From assembly GCF_024502345.1 (NCBI RefSeq), contig NZ_JALDNN010000001.1: a DNA stretch of 64,000 nt. One strand, written 5' to 3'. Below, in pieces: positions 12,135 through 25,224 of the stretch. The notes beneath the pieces were generated by a model. The model saw only the letters and a list, made by a program, of their open reading frames with translations, was not told where the DNA came from and searched no databases. This stretch comes from Escherichia coli. Lineage in GTDB: Bacteria; Pseudomonadota; Gammaproteobacteria; Enterobacterales; Enterobacteriaceae. Within the stretch, counting starts at the first letter, position 1, and the number at the start of each line of letters is the position of its first letter. A program made the translations under genes and the position numbers.

Positions 12135-13275
12135 GCAGCACCTCCAGCAGACGGTCGATATCCTGCATTTCATGCGCTGCGGTTAGCGTTAAGCGCAGTC
12201 GCGCAGTACCAGCGGGTACGGTTGGCGGGCGAATCGCCGTGACCCAGCAGCCTTGCTGGCGCAGTTTTTCTGCCAGTTGTAACGCACGGCTGTTATCACC
12301 GACGATCAATGGCTGGATGGCGCTGCATGAATCAGCCAGCGTAAACGGCAAATCCTGTACTCCGGCACGAAAACGCGCAATGAGTGACACCAGTTTTTCG
12401 CGCCGTGCATCCCCCTCATCACGGCGAATGACCGCCAGTGACGCACGTAATGCCTGCGCCTGAGCGGGCGGCATACTGGTGCTGTAGATAAGGTGGCGGG
12501 CGAATTGCAGCAGATAATCCGCCACCGTACTTGAGCAAAGCACCGCAGCCCCACTGACGCCAAATCCTTTGCCAAAAGTCACTACCAGCAATTCTGGTTT
12601 TACCTTTTGCAGCCAGCAGCTGCCGCGCCCCTGCTCCCCGATAACGCCCGTGCCGTGGGCATCATCGACCATCAACCAGCCATTGTGCTGTTGCGTTACC
12701 TGCTGGATTTCCGCCAGTGGCGCACTATCGCCGTCCATGCTGAACACGCCTTCTGTCACCACCAGTTGCTGCCCCGGACAGGGGGAAGCAAGCAATCGCG
12801 CCAAATGAGTGACATCGTTATGAGCAAAACGGCGAAGCTGCGACGGGCTTAAACTGGCAGCTTCCAGCAATGAGGCATGGCTAAGCCGGTCGGCAGCAAT
12901 ACGGTCCTCTTTCGCCATCATCGCGGCAATAACTGCCTGATTAGCGGCAAAACCAGAGATAAACAGCAGTGCCCGCGAATAGCCAAGCCACTCGGCCAGC
13001 TCTTCTTCCAGTGCCTGATGCACCACGCTATAACCGCTGACGTGACCGGAGCCGCCGCTACCGATGCCAAATTGCTCCGCCCCCTGCTGCCAGGCACGGA
13101 TAATTTGCGGATGATGGCTTAAACCTAAATAATCGTTACTGGAAAAGTTCAGATACTGGCGATCATCCGCCACCAGCCAGCGTCCGGCTCCTTGCGCCAC
13201 CGGATAACGGCGACGCAGGGCATCGGCAGCACGCCGCGCATCGAGCGCCGCGTTGATTTTCTCCTGCCAGCTCAT
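12121..13275 (-). CDS. bioF: 8-amino-7-oxononanoate synthase
   Basis: 384 aa PLP-dependent acyltransferase; overlaps bioC and bioB. Confidence 0.95.
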   Translation of the reverse strand: MSWQEKINAALDARRAADALRRRYPVAQGAGRWLVADDRQYLNFSSNDYLGLSHHPQIIRAWQQGAEQFGIGSGGSGHVSGYSVVHQALEEELAEWLGYSRALLFISGFAANQAVIAAMMAKEDRIAADRLSHASLLEAASLSPSQLRRFAHNDVTHLARLLASPCPGQQLVVTEGVFSMDGDSAPLAEIQQVTQQHNGWLMVDDAHGTGVIGEQGRGSCWLQKVKPELLVVTFGKGFGVSGAAVLCSSTVADYLLQFARHLIYSTSMPPAQAQALRASLAVIRRDEGDARREKLVSLIARFRAGVQDLPFTLADSCSAIQPLIVGDNSRALQLAEKLRQQGCWVTAIRPPTVPAGTARLRLTLTAAHEMQDIDRLLEVLHGNG

Positions 13276-14312
13276 AATGCTGCCGCGTTGTAATATTCGT
13301 CGGTGTCCGGGGTCATCAGCGCCTGTTCAAGACGTTGCTGTTGTTCGTTATCCCCTGCCAGCACGGCAGTTTGCTGCGGATTTAGCCCCAGTTTGCGGAA
13401 CAGTTGCAGGTCTTTATCTTCTTCCGGATTCGGCGTGGTCAGCAGTTTGCAACCGTAGAAAATCGAGTTTGCGCCTGCCATAAAGCACATCGCCTGAGTC
13501 TGTTCGTTCATCTGCTCGCGTCCGGCAGAAAGGCGCACGTAAGAGGTTGGCATCATGATCCGCGCGACCGCAATGGTGCGAATAAAATCAAAGGCATCGA
13601 CATCATCGTTATCGGCAAGCGGCGTGCCTTTCACCTTCACTAGCATGTTGATTGGCACGCTTTCCGGCGGCGTCGGCAGGTTTGCCAGTTGCAGCAATAA
13701 TCCGGCGCGATCTTTTACCGTTTCGCCTAAGCCCACAATGCCGCCAGAACAGACTTTGATCCCGGCATCGCGCACTTTTTCCAGCGTATCGAGGCGTTCC
13801 TGATAAGTGCGGGTGGTGATGATATTGCCGTAAAACTCCGGCGAGGTGTCCAGGTTGTGGTTGTAGTAATCCAGCCCGGCGTTCGCGAGGCGCTGCGCCT
13901 GAGATTCACTCAACGTGCCCAGCGTCATACACGCCTCCAGCCCTAAATCTTTTACCCCCTGCACCATCTGCTCCAGGTACGGCATATCGCGTTCGTTGGG
14001 ATTCTTCCACGCCGCGCCCATGCAAAAACGCGTCGATCCCGCCGCTTTCGCTTTGCGCGCCGACTCCAGCACCTGTTCAACTTCCATCAACCGCTCGGCT
14101 TCCAGCCCGGTTTTATAGCGCGAGCTTTGCGGGCAATATTTGCAATCTTCCGGACAAGCTCCGGTCTTAATCGACAGCAACGTGCTGACCTGGACCTGAC
14201 GAGGATCAAAATGCTGGCGATGGACCTGCTGCGCTTCAAACAGCAGATCCAGCAACGGTTTTTCAAATAATTCTGTGACTTGCGACAAGGTCCAGCGTGG
14301 GCGGTGAGCCAT
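13272..14312 (-). CDS. bioB: Biotin synthase (radical SAM)
   Basis: 346 aa; [10 protein letters not shown] radical-SAM motif. Confidence 0.95.
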   Translation of the reverse strand: MAHRPRWTLSQVTELFEKPLLDLLFEAQQVHRQHFDPRQVQVSTLLSIKTGACPEDCKYCPQSSRYKTGLEAERLMEVEQVLESARKAKAAGSTRFCMGAAWKNPNERDMPYLEQMVQGVKDLGLEACMTLGTLSESQAQRLANAGLDYYNHNLDTSPEFYGNIITTRTYQERLDTLEKVRDAGIKVCSGGIVGLGETVKDRAGLLLQLANLPTPPESVPINMLVKVKGTPLADNDDVDAFDFIRTIAVARIMMPTSYVRLSAGREQMNEQTQAMCFMAGANSIFYGCKLLTTPNPEEDKDLQLFRKLGLNPQQTAVLAGDNEQQQRLEQALMTPDTDEYYNAAAL

Positions 14313-14356
14313 GGGGCTTCTCCAAAACGTGTTTTTTGTTGTTAATTCGGTGTAGA

Positions 14357-14392
14357 CTTGTAAACCTAAATCTTTTCAATTTGGTTTACAAG
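14357..14392. promoter_or_regulatory. bioO: bio operator (BirA binding site) between divergent bioB and bioA
   Basis: Near-perfect palindrome cttgtaaacc-taaatcttttcaattt-ggtttacaag. Confidence 0.85.
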
Positions 14393-14398
14393 TCGATT

Positions 14399-15688
14399 AT
14401 GACAACGGACGATCTTGCCTTTGACCAACGCCATATCTGGCACCCATACACATCCATGACCTCCCCGCTGCCGGTTTATCCGGTGGTGAGCGCCGAAGGT
14501 TGCGAGCTGATTTTGTCTGACGGCAGACGCCTGGTTGACGGAATGTCGTCCTGGTGGGCGGCGATCCACGGCTACAATCACCCGCAGCTTAATGCGGCGA
14601 TGAAGTCGCAAATTGATGCCATGTCGCATGTGATGTTTGGCGGTATCACCCATGCGCCAGCCATTGAGCTGTGCCGCAAACTGGTGGCGATGACGCCGCA
14701 ACCGCTGGAGTGCGTTTTTCTCGCGGACTCCGGTTCCGTAGCGGTGGAAGTGGCGATGAAAATGGCGTTGCAGTACTGGCAAGCCAAAGGCGAAGCGCGC
14801 CAGCGTTTTCTGACCTTCCGCAATGGTTATCATGGCGATACCTTTGGCGCGATGTCGGTGTGCGATCCGGACAACTCAATGCACAGCCTGTGGAAAGGCT
14901 ATCTGCCAGAAAACTTGTTTGCTCCCGCCCCACAAAGCCGTATGGATGGCGAATGGGATGAGCGCGATATGGTGGGCTTTGCCCGCCTGATGGCGGCGCA
15001 TCGTCATGAAATCGCGGCGGTGATCATTGAGCCGATTGTCCAGGGCGCAGGCGGGATGCGCATGTACCATCCGGAATGGTTAAAACGAATCCGCAAAATA
15101 TGCGATCGCAAAGGTATCTTGCTGATTGCCGACGAGATCGCCACTGGATTTGGTCGTACCGGGAAACTGTTTGCCTGTGAACATGCAGAAATCGCGCCGG
15201 ACATTTTGTGCCTCGGTAAAGCCTTAACCGGCGGCACAATGACCCTTTCCGCCACACTCACCACGCGCGAGGTTGCAGAAACCATCAGTAACGGTGAAGC
15301 CGGTTGCTTTATGCATGGGCCAACTTTTATGGGCAATCCGCTGGCCTGCGCGGCAGCAAACGCCAGCCTGGCGATTCTCGAATCTGGCGACTGGCAGCAA
15401 CAGGTGGCGGATATTGAAGTACAGCTGCGCGAGCAACTTGCCCCCGCCCGTGATGCCGAAATGGTTGCCGATGTGCGCGTACTGGGGGCCATTGGCGTGG
15501 TCGAAACCACTCATCCGGTGAATATGGCGGCGCTGCAAAAATTCTTTGTCGAACAGGGTGTCTGGATCCGGCCTTTTGGCAAACTGATTTACCTGATGCC
15601 GCCCTATATTATTCTCCCGCAACAGTTGCAGCGTCTGACCGCAGCGGTTAACCGCGCGGTACAGGATGAAACATTTTTTTGCCAATAA
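14399..15688 (+). CDS. bioA: Adenosylmethionine-8-amino-7-oxononanoate aminotransferase
   Basis: 429 aa from [17 protein letters not shown]; ORF-track start upstream is an alternative start inside the operator region. Confidence 0.95.
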   Translation: MTTDDLAFDQRHIWHPYTSMTSPLPVYPVVSAEGCELILSDGRRLVDGMSSWWAAIHGYNHPQLNAAMKSQIDAMSHVMFGGITHAPAIELCRKLVAMTPQPLECVFLADSGSVAVEVAMKMALQYWQAKGEARQRFLTFRNGYHGDTFGAMSVCDPDNSMHSLWKGYLPENLFAPAPQSRMDGEWDERDMVGFARLMAAHRHEIAAVIIEPIVQGAGGMRMYHPEWLKRIRKICDRKGILLIADEIATGFGRTGKLFACEHAEIAPDILCLGKALTGGTMTLSATLTTREVAETISNGEAGCFMHGPTFMGNPLACAAANASLAILESGDWQQQVADIEVQLREQLAPARDAEMVADVRVLGAIGVVETTHPVNMAALQKFFVEQGVWIRPFGKLIYLMPPYIILPQQLQRLTAAVNRAVQDETFFCQ

Positions 15689-15746
15689 CGAGAAGTCCGC
15701 GTGAGGGTTTCTGGCTACACTTTCTGCAAACAAGAAAGGAGGGTTC

Positions 15747-16223
15747 ATGAAACTCATCAGTAACGATCTGCGCGATGGCGATAAATTGCCGCATCGTCAT
15801 GTCTTTAACGGCATGGGTTACGATGGCGATAATATTTCACCGCATCTGGCGTGGGATGATGTTCCTGCGGGAACGAAAAGTTTTGTTGTCACCTGCTACG
15901 ACCCGGATGCGCCAACCGGCTCCGGCTGGTGGCACTGGGTAGTTGTTAACTTACCCGCTGATACCCGCGTATTACCGCAAGGGTTTGGCTCTGGTCTGGT
16001 AGCAATGCCAGACGGCGTTTTGCAGACGCGTACCGACTTTGGTAAAACCGGGTACGATGGCGCAGCACCGCCGAAAGGCGAAACTCATCGCTACATTTTT
16101 ACCGTTCACGCGCTGGATATAGAACGTATTGATGTCGATGAAGGTGCCAGCGGCGCGATGGTCGGGTTTAACGTTCATTTCCACTCTCTGGCAAGCGCCT
16201 CGATTACTGCGATGTTTAGTTAA
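15747..16223 (+). CDS. ybhB: PEBP-family protein YbhB
   Basis: 158 aa; CYDPDAPTGSGWWHW PEBP signature. Confidence 0.9.
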   Translation: MKLISNDLRDGDKLPHRHVFNGMGYDGDNISPHLAWDDVPAGTKSFVVTCYDPDAPTGSGWWHWVVVNLPADTRVLPQGFGSGLVAMPDGVLQTRTDFGKTGYDGAAPPKGETHRYIFTVHALDIERIDVDEGASGAMVGFNVHFHSLASASITAMFS

Positions 16224-16374
16224 TCACTCTGCCAGATGGCGCAATGCCATCTGGTATCACTTAAAGGTATTAAAAACAACTTTTTGTCTTTTTACCTTCC
16301 CGTTTCGCTCAAGTTAGTATAAAAAAGCAGGCTTCAACGGATTCATTTTTCTATTTCATAGCCCGGAGCAACCT

Positions 16375-17658
16375 GTGAACACATTTTCAGTTTCCCGTCT
16401 GGCGCTGGCATTGGCTTTTGGCGTGACGCTGACCGCCTGTAGCTCAACCCCGCCCGATCAACGTCCTTCTGATCAAACCGCGCCTGGTACCTCTTCTCGC
16501 CCGATTCTGTCGGCAAAAGAAGCGCAGAATTTCGATGCTCAACACTATTTTGCATCCCTGACACCAGGTGCTGCAGCGTGGAATCCTTCCCCGATTACCC
16601 TGCCTGCGCAACCTGACTTTGTTGTCGGCCCGGCGGGCACTCAAGGTGTAACGCATACCACGATTCAGGCGGCGGTAGATGCGGCAATTATCAAGCGTAC
16701 CAACAAGCGCCAGTATATTGCCGTGATGCCTGGTGAGTATCAGGGAACGGTATATGTCCCTGCCGCTCCGGGTGGAATTACTCTGTACGGTACAGGTGAA
16801 AAACCGATTGATGTGAAGATTGGGCTTTCCCTTGATGGTGGCATGAGCCCTGCCGACTGGCGTCACGACGTCAACCCGCGCGGCAAATATATGCCAGGTA
16901 AACCAGCGTGGTATATGTACGATAGCTGCCAGAGCAAACGCAGCGACAGTATCGGTGTTCTCTGCTCTGCGGTCTTCTGGTCACAAAACAATGGCCTGCA
17001 ACTGCAAAATCTGACCATCGAAAACACGCTGGGCGATAGCGTAGATGCAGGTAACCATCCGGCGGTGGCACTGCGTACTGATGGTGACCAGGTACAGATT
17101 AACAACGTTAACATTCTCGGTCGTCAGAACACCTTCTTTGTCACCAACAGCGGTGTGCAGAACCGTCTGGAAACGAATCGTCAGCCGCGTACGCTGGTGA
17201 CCAACAGCTACATTGAAGGGGATGTGGATATCGTTTCTGGTCGCGGCGCAGTGGTGTTCGATAACACCGAATTCCGCGTGGTGAACTCACGTACTCAGCA
17301 AGAAGCGTATGTGTTTGCACCGGCTACGCTGTCCAACATTTACTACGGTTTCCTCGCCGTAAACAGCCGTTTCAATGCTTTCGGTGATGGTGTGGCGCAA
17401 CTGGGCCGCTCGCTGGATGTTGATGCCAATACCAACGGTCAGGTGGTGATCCGTGATAGCGCCATCAACGAAGGTTTTAACACGGCTAAACCGTGGGCCG
17501 ATGCGGTGATCTCTAATCGTCCGTTTGCGGGTAATACCGGCAGCGTAGATGATAACGACGAAATACAGCGCAATCTGAATGACACTAACTACAACCGCAT
17601 GTGGGAATACAATAACCGCGGCGTGGGTAGTAAAGTGGTTGCAGAGACGAAGAAGTAA
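16375..17658 (+). CDS. ybhC: Outer-membrane lipoprotein YbhC (pectinesterase-like fold)
   Basis: 427 aa; lipobox LTAC near N-terminus. Confidence 0.9.
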   Translation: MNTFSVSRLALALAFGVTLTACSSTPPDQRPSDQTAPGTSSRPILSAKEAQNFDAQHYFASLTPGAAAWNPSPITLPAQPDFVVGPAGTQGVTHTTIQAAVDAAIIKRTNKRQYIAVMPGEYQGTVYVPAAPGGITLYGTGEKPIDVKIGLSLDGGMSPADWRHDVNPRGKYMPGKPAWYMYDSCQSKRSDSIGVLCSAVFWSQNNGLQLQNLTIENTLGDSVDAGNHPAVALRTDGDQVQINNVNILGRQNTFFVTNSGVQNRLETNRQPRTLVTNSYIEGDVDIVSGRGAVVFDNTEFRVVNSRTQQEAYVFAPATLSNIYYGFLAVNSRFNAFGDGVAQLGRSLDVDANTNGQVVIRDSAINEGFNTAKPWADAVISNRPFAGNTGSVDDNDEIQRNLNDTNYNRMWEYNNRGVGSKVVAETKK

Positions 17659-17671
17659 GAGCAATTAACTA

Positions 17672-17878
<207 letters not shown>

Positions 17879-17891
17879 CACATGGCGCTTT

Positions 17892-20153
17892 TTACATCTG
17901 ACGGTTTTTATTGAAGTTAATCAAACTACCCGCCTTGATAATCTCGCGCTCTTCAGCAGTCAGACTTTCCATATAGAGCGTAATTTCCGTTACCGGCGCA
18001 TCTTCATGGATCACATAACCTTTAAACGTCGTACCCGGATTATCCAGCGCCGCTTTAATGCCAGGGATGTAAATGTAATCCCCCACTTCAAAGGTTGGCA
18101 CTTCCGCCATCTGCAGCGGTAACATCCCCCAGTTGATGACGTTAGAACGGTAGCGTTTAGTCGCGTACTCTTCGGCAATATTCGCTAGACCGCCAATCAC
18201 ACGCTGGCAGCTCGCCGCCTGTTCACGCGCAGAACCATCGCCTGGTTTCACCGCATATACCATGCTGCCAATTTCAGTTTGCAGCGGATCAATATGCTCC
18301 TGACCAGCAATCTGCTTAATGCGCGCAAACACCTCTGTCAGCTCGCTGACATTCCCCGCCAGACGCTGATTTTCCAGCTCAGCAGTCGCTTTACTTCTGC
18401 CAACATAACCGGGATCGCGGCGTGACAGGGTAAACTCCGCCAGACCAATCGGATTTGAACGATAAGAAGAGGTTTCACCGGAAGGAATCAGTTCGTCGGT
18501 GGTGGTCACTTCGTCGAGGATCTTCGAGCACACTTTCAGGACGATATTGTCAGTCAGCGCACCCAATTCCGGCCAGTCTTTAATGTTCGGTCCGTAAATC
18601 AGCGGTTGCTGAGTTGCCCCTTTCACAAAGCCCTGATAAACACGGTTTTTATACGGCGTTACATCGAAGGCGTACTCCGGCACGTTGTCCCAGCAATCAA
18701 GTTCGCTGGCAGAGGTTAAATAGCCACCGTTTGCCGCAGTCGCAGCGATAGAACGAGCGTCCATCAACGCCACCGCTGACATCTGCCCATTAGCTGGCTT
18801 AGAGCCTTCGCGGTTCGGGAAGTTACGCGTGGTGTGGCGAATACTCAAACCGTTGTTGATTGGCGTATCGCCCGCGCCAAAGCATGGGCCGCAGAACGCG
18901 GTTCTGATGATTGCGCCTGCGCCAATCAAATCTGCTACCACACCTTTTTTGGCGAGATCCATAAACACCGGCTGTGATGACGGGTAAACTGCCAGCGAGA
19001 AGGTGTCATTGCCACAGGATTGACCGCGCAGTGCATTCGCCGCCGCGATGACGTTTTCGTAGTTACCGCCAGAACAGCCCGCGATAATCCCCTGCTGCAC
19101 TTTCAGGCGACCATTTTCCACTTTATCCAGCAGCGAGAGTTTGGCTTTACCGTGCGCCACGCGTTCGGACTCAATTTCAATCTCACGCAGAATGTCGGTC
19201 AGGTTCTGGTTCAGTGTGTCGATTTCATACACGTTGCTCGGGTGGAACGGCAGCGCAATCATTGGTTTGATGGCGCTTAAATCAACGCTGATGCAGCCAT
19301 CGTAGTACGCCATCGGTTGAGGGTTAAGCTGGCAGTAATCCTGGCCGCGACCGTGCAGCGCCAGCCAGTTATGGACTTCTTCATCGGTTTGCCAGACAGA
19401 ACTTAAACAGGTCGTTTCCGTGGTCATAACGTCAACGCTGTTACGGAAATCGGTAGAGAGCGCAGCAACACCGGGACCTACGAATTCCATCACTTTGTTT
19501 TTGACGTAGCCGTTTTTGAACACGGCACCGATGATAGCCAGCGCCACATCCTGCGGCCCCACATACGGCGCTGGTTTTCCGGTCAGATGCACCGCAACCA
19601 CGCCCGGATAGTCGATATCCCAGGTGTCATTAAGCAGCTGTTTTACCAACTCACCGCCGCCCTCACCGACTGCCATTGTCCCTAATGCACCGTAACGGGT
19701 GTGGCTGTCTGACCCGAGGATCATTTTGCCGCCGCCTGCCATCATCTCACGCATATATTGATGGATGACCGCAATGTGCGGAGGCACAAAAATACCGCCA
19801 TAACGCTGGGCCGCCGATAAACCAAAAACATGGTCATCACCGTTAATAGTGCCGCCGACGGCGCAGAGTGAGTTATGGCAGTTGGTCAGCACATACGGCA
19901 GCGGGAAACGTTCCATACCGGACGCTTTAGCGGTCTGTACAATACCAACAAAGGTAATATCGTGAGAGGCTAATGAATCAAACTTAATTTTAAGTTTATC
20001 CATATTTCCGGACGTATTATGCGAAGAGAGAATAGACCAGGCAATAGTGCCTTTTTTGGCTTCTTCTTTTTTAATTTCGCCGGTGAAATGTTCTTCGGCA
20101 ATTATTTCGTTATTACTGGCGAGAAACACGCCTTTTTCAGATAACTTGATCAT
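17892..20153 (-). CDS. ybhJ: Aconitase-family (4Fe-4S hydro-lyase) protein YbhJ
   Basis: Aconitase-like Cys ligand context (CGPCFGAG); start placed at MIKLSEKG (753 aa) from memory of K-12 length. Confidence 0.85.
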   Translation of the reverse strand: MIKLSEKGVFLASNNEIIAEEHFTGEIKKEEAKKGTIAWSILSSHNTSGNMDKLKIKFDSLASHDITFVGIVQTAKASGMERFPLPYVLTNCHNSLCAVGGTINGDDHVFGLSAAQRYGGIFVPPHIAVIHQYMREMMAGGGKMILGSDSHTRYGALGTMAVGEGGGELVKQLLNDTWDIDYPGVVAVHLTGKPAPYVGPQDVALAIIGAVFKNGYVKNKVMEFVGPGVAALSTDFRNSVDVMTTETTCLSSVWQTDEEVHNWLALHGRGQDYCQLNPQPMAYYDGCISVDLSAIKPMIALPFHPSNVYEIDTLNQNLTDILREIEIESERVAHGKAKLSLLDKVENGRLKVQQGIIAGCSGGNYENVIAAANALRGQSCGNDTFSLAVYPSSQPVFMDLAKKGVVADLIGAGAIIRTAFCGPCFGAGDTPINNGLSIRHTTRNFPNREGSKPANGQMSAVALMDARSIAATAANGGYLTSASELDCWDNVPEYAFDVTPYKNRVYQGFVKGATQQPLIYGPNIKDWPELGALTDNIVLKVCSKILDEVTTTDELIPSGETSSYRSNPIGLAEFTLSRRDPGYVGRSKATAELENQRLAGNVSELTEVFARIKQIAGQEHIDPLQTEIGSMVYAVKPGDGSAREQAASCQRVIGGLANIAEEYATKRYRSNVINWGMLPLQMAEVPTFEVGDYIYIPGIKAALDNPGTTFKGYVIHEDAPVTEITLYMESLTAEEREIIKAGSLINFNKNRQM

Positions 20154-20335
20154 CAAATGCTCCAGATATCTGCGCACCGTGAAGTGCGCAGAAAGATAAT
20201 AAATGGATATATTCTAAATAATTCGAGTTGCAGGAAGGCGACAAGTGAGTGAATCCCCAGGAGCTTACATAAGTAAGTGACTGGGGTGAGCGAACGCAAA
20301 CGCAGCACATGCAACTTGAAGTATGACGAGTATAT

Positions 20336-21769
20336 TTACAGCATGTTCCAGCCGATCAGCATATTCCACCACCACACGCCGAGGGTGATATGCACCAGGA
20401 AGGTTAATATCGTCAGTACCGCACCGACCAACCACCAGGATTTAATATCGTTGTAACCCACGCCAAAGATGACCGGACCTGCCGCGCCGCCATAGTGAGT
20501 AACCATGCCGCCATAGGAGTTGGAGAACAACAGTGCCAGCGCGGTTAACATTAACGGTGCGCCGGAGACGTTCGCCAGCATGGCAAATACCGGTAACATA
20601 GCAACGATATAGGCACTACCGGAAGCGAAGAAATAACGCACGATAATGCTGAGGAAAATAATAACGAAGAAAGCAACGTTACCGTGACCATCAAATGCCA
20701 GGTTATTTTTAAAGACTTCAGCTAACCATTCGAAGAATTTAACTTTCGATAATAAGGAGCTTAATCCGATAATACCGCCGTACCAGATTAAGGTATTCCA
20801 GCCGCCTTTATTTTTAACCACGTCTTCCCAGGTAACGATACCCAGCAGCAGCATGGTCGCCATAACAACGATTGCCACGGTGGATTCATCACCCCCCAGA
20901 GACTTACTGAAAATCCAGCCCAGCAGCGCCAGCACAAAGACACCGAGCAGCATTTTTTCGCGGATTTTCATCGGTCCCAGTTCGGCAAGGCCCGCTTTAG
21001 CGATGGTTTTATTATCCACCTTCTTAATTTCTGGCGGATACATGGTATAAATCACCAGCGGGGTGACCAGCAGCATAATGATGCCCGGCAATCCGGCGGC
21101 CAGTGCCCATCCACCCCAGCTAATTTGCAGGTGCAGAATGTCGTTGATCATTTTCAGCGCCAGAATGTTCCCCGCCATTGCGGTAAAGAACATATAGCTG
21201 GTGGTTTTGGTGACCATGTAAATGGACATCATCAGGTAATGTCCGACACGACGCGGACTTTTTTCCGGTTCGGACCCCAAAGCCACCGCCACGCTGTTGA
21301 TGATCGGTAACACAATGCCGCCCGCACGCGCGGTGTTAGACGGTGTTGCCGGAGCCAATACCAGATCGAGGAATACCGTAACGTAACCCAGACCCAGCGT
21401 GGTGTTACCGATTTTACCAATCAGCAGATAGGCAATACGTTTACCTAAACCGGTGGTCACAAATGCGGCGCTTAAGGTAAACGCCGAGAACACCAGCCAG
21501 GTAGTACCTGAAGAGTAACCGCTTAATACGGCGGTGGTCTTAAACGCACCGTCGGATAAGTTACCGACCACCACCATGGAGGCAGCAACGGCAATTAACA
21601 GTACGACAGGTTCCGGGAAAGGCTTGATAACCAGACCCACAATGGCCGCCAGGTAAATACCAAAAAGCACCCACGCCAGTTCGCTTAATCCTGCCGGAGC
21701 TGGCATAAAGCCAATAATACATGGGATCGCTAATATCACAATTAGCTTCCATAACGATTTCTTATTCAT
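20336..21769 (-). CDS. ybhI: DASS-family anion:sodium symporter YbhI
   Basis: 477 aa polytopic membrane protein. Confidence 0.9.
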   Translation of the reverse strand: MNKKSLWKLIVILAIPCIIGFMPAPAGLSELAWVLFGIYLAAIVGLVIKPFPEPVVLLIAVAASMVVVGNLSDGAFKTTAVLSGYSSGTTWLVFSAFTLSAAFVTTGLGKRIAYLLIGKIGNTTLGLGYVTVFLDLVLAPATPSNTARAGGIVLPIINSVAVALGSEPEKSPRRVGHYLMMSIYMVTKTTSYMFFTAMAGNILALKMINDILHLQISWGGWALAAGLPGIIMLLVTPLVIYTMYPPEIKKVDNKTIAKAGLAELGPMKIREKMLLGVFVLALLGWIFSKSLGGDESTVAIVVMATMLLLGIVTWEDVVKNKGGWNTLIWYGGIIGLSSLLSKVKFFEWLAEVFKNNLAFDGHGNVAFFVIIFLSIIVRYFFASGSAYIVAMLPVFAMLANVSGAPLMLTALALLFSNSYGGMVTHYGGAAGPVIFGVGYNDIKSWWLVGAVLTILTFLVHITLGVWWWNMLIGWNML

Positions 21770-21844
21770 TTAAAATCCTGTTCTTTCTGTATGACTCATA
21801 CAGAAGTCCTTTATTGATTGTCCTTATCCTGACAACGAATTTTT

Positions 21845-22897
21845 TCAGGGAAGATAAACTTCACCGGAAAATATTTTTCTGGTCGTCCGAATAACAGATG
21901 CGCGTAACGTCGTGGCATCCTGACCTTCATTACTTAAATGAACGTCGAGCGCACCACTGGGGTGTTCAATATTGATATTGCCATATCCTACAGAAGGGAC
22001 GATTTGTCGGGTGACGGTGCCTTCCAATGCACAACTACTGGAAATAGCAATAGCACCGGTTATCGCCAACGCGCGATGGCAAGAATGCGGCATAAAATAA
22101 CGCACATTAATTGCCCCGCCTTTCTGCGCTGGAGAAATAAGCACAGGTTTAGGGATAACCATATTACTGACATCACCTAAGCCCATTGCTTTACCCGCTT
22201 GTAGACGGATAGATTCAATGCGGGCTAATAATGCTTTGTCGGCATCCAGTTCCGCCGGTAATTCATAGCCTGTTTTTCCCAGATATTCAGCCGGAATAAT
22301 GACGACTGGCATCGCCATATCGATACAGGTCACCGGGACATCGTCAAAATAATCAATCTGATTATCAGTCGGGAAAACTTTTCCGGTTTTGGTTCCAGCG
22401 GCATTCAGGAAAGTGAGCGCAACCGGTGCGGCAGTACCCGGTACGCCGTCAATTCTGGCGCTACCCTCGTACTCGACAACACCATTTGGTGTTTGCACAT
22501 CAGCTTCGATAAACGTACCCGTATTGACGTTGCGGATACGTACGCGGGTAACTGGCGAAGTCGCTGCAATCAAACCATTTTCAATGGCGAATGCCCCAAC
22601 GCCAGACAGCATATTGCCGCAGTTAGGCGTGGTATCGACACGTTGCTCATGGACGATAACTTGAGCAAACAGATAATCGACATCAGCACGCGGATCGCTG
22701 GAACGGCTAATAATGGCGACTTTACTGGTCAGCGGATTACCGCCGCCAATACCGTCAATTTCCAGATCGTTACCGGAACCCATAATTGCCATCAATATTT
22801 TATCGCGCTGCGTTTGATCTTCGGGTAAATGTTCCGCTAACAGGAACGCGCCCCTCGAGGTTCCACCTCGCATCATCACGCAGGGTATTTTTTTCAT
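21845..22897 (-). CDS. ybhH: PrpF/AcnD-accessory-like isomerase YbhH
   Basis: 350 aa; gene order ybhH-ybhI-ybhJ as in K-12. Confidence 0.85.
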   Translation of the reverse strand: MKKIPCVMMRGGTSRGAFLLAEHLPEDQTQRDKILMAIMGSGNDLEIDGIGGGNPLTSKVAIISRSSDPRADVDYLFAQVIVHEQRVDTTPNCGNMLSGVGAFAIENGLIAATSPVTRVRIRNVNTGTFIEADVQTPNGVVEYEGSARIDGVPGTAAPVALTFLNAAGTKTGKVFPTDNQIDYFDDVPVTCIDMAMPVVIIPAEYLGKTGYELPAELDADKALLARIESIRLQAGKAMGLGDVSNMVIPKPVLISPAQKGGAINVRYFMPHSCHRALAITGAIAISSSCALEGTVTRQIVPSVGYGNINIEHPSGALDVHLSNEGQDATTLRASVIRTTRKIFSGEVYLP

Positions 22898-23080
22898 AAT
22901 AATGCCCTCAATTTAAAAACATAACTTATTGCGATATGGTTACATTAAGGGCAAAGCATCTCTAATGACTTTAGCTCAACGATTAATAACATTTTTTCAT
23001 TAATTTAAGTTGGCTAAATGCAGTTAAAATTTTTAACGGCCAGCCACCCAAAATCAACGCTTCCATTTTCCGGAGTAATA

Positions 23081-24034
23081 ATGAAGCATGAATTATCAAG
23101 TATGAAGGCATTTGTCATACTGGCAGAGTCCAGTTCATTTAACAATGCCGCTAAATTACTCAATATTACGCAACCTGCATTAACGCGAAGAATAAAAAAG
23201 ATGGAGGAAGATTTACATATTCAACTATTTGAGCGTACAACTCGCAAGGTTACGTTAACAAAAGCAGGAAAAAGGTTGCTCCCGGAGGCGCGGGAATTAA
23301 TAAAGAAATTCGATGAAACGCTTTTTAATATTCGTGATATGAATGCTTATCATCGTGGTATGGTGACGTTAGCGTGTATTCCGACCGCAGTATTTTATTT
23401 TTTACCGCTGGCAATCGGTAAATTTAATGAGCTGTATCCCAATATTAAAGTGCGGATTCTGGAACAAGGCACGAATAATTGCATGGAATCGGTGCTATGT
23501 AACGAATCAGACTTTGGCATAAACATGAACAACGTCACAAATTCATCCATTGATTTTAGCCCACTGGTCAACGAGCCGTTCGTGCTGGCCTGTCGGCGTG
23601 ACCATCCATTGGCCAAAAAGCAGCTTGTAGAATGGCAGGAGTTAGTGGGTTACAAAATGATTGGCGTACGCTCCTCCAGCGGCAACCGACTGTTGATAGA
23701 ACAACAGCTAGCCGACAAGCCCTGGAAGCTGGACTGGTTTTACGAAGTGCGTCATCTTTCGACGTCATTAGGACTGGTGGAGGCAGGACTGGGGATTTCA
23801 GCGCTTCCTGGTCTGGCAATGCCCCATGCGCCCTATTCTTCGATTATTGGTATCCCACTGGTGGAACCCGTTATACGTCGGACATTGGGGATTATTCGCC
23901 GCAAAGATGCCGTGCTTTCTCCGGCAGCTGAACGCTTTTTTGCCTTGCTGATTAATTTGTGGACTGACGATAAAGACAATTTGTGGACCAATATCGTCGA
24001 ACGCCAGAGACATGCGTTACAGGAGATAGGTTAA
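23081..24034 (+). CDS. ybhD: LysR-family transcriptional regulator YbhD
   Basis: N-terminal LysR HTH; divergent from ybhH; start placed at MKHELSS. Confidence 0.85.
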   Translation: MKHELSSMKAFVILAESSSFNNAAKLLNITQPALTRRIKKMEEDLHIQLFERTTRKVTLTKAGKRLLPEARELIKKFDETLFNIRDMNAYHRGMVTLACIPTAVFYFLPLAIGKFNELYPNIKVRILEQGTNNCMESVLCNESDFGINMNNVTNSSIDFSPLVNEPFVLACRRDHPLAKKQLVEWQELVGYKMIGVRSSSGNRLLIEQQLADKPWKLDWFYEVRHLSTSLGLVEAGLGISALPGLAMPHAPYSSIIGIPLVEPVIRRTLGIIRRKDAVLSPAAERFFALLINLWTDDKDNLWTNIVERQRHALQEIG

Positions 24035-24074
24035 TACACCGGCGCAGGAGAGACTGCGCCGGGTAAATCAGCGG

Positions 24075-25106
<1,032 letters not shown>

Positions 25107-25224
25107 CTAAAATTAGTCGCTTTTGGCGGTGAATGCTGAATTAAAACGCAGAATTTTGTCCGATAGTGGTATCGGTGTACCATTCGCGCAGAAGAAAATT
25201 CTTAACCTTAATCTGGAATACGCC

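Noticed and set aside
15224-15757. 177 aa ORF on the - strand, and similar antisense ORFs in bioA, ybhA, galT/galK, pal
   Set aside because: All are shadow ORFs inside well-supported genes on the other strand; none has an independent RBS or a recognisable fold.
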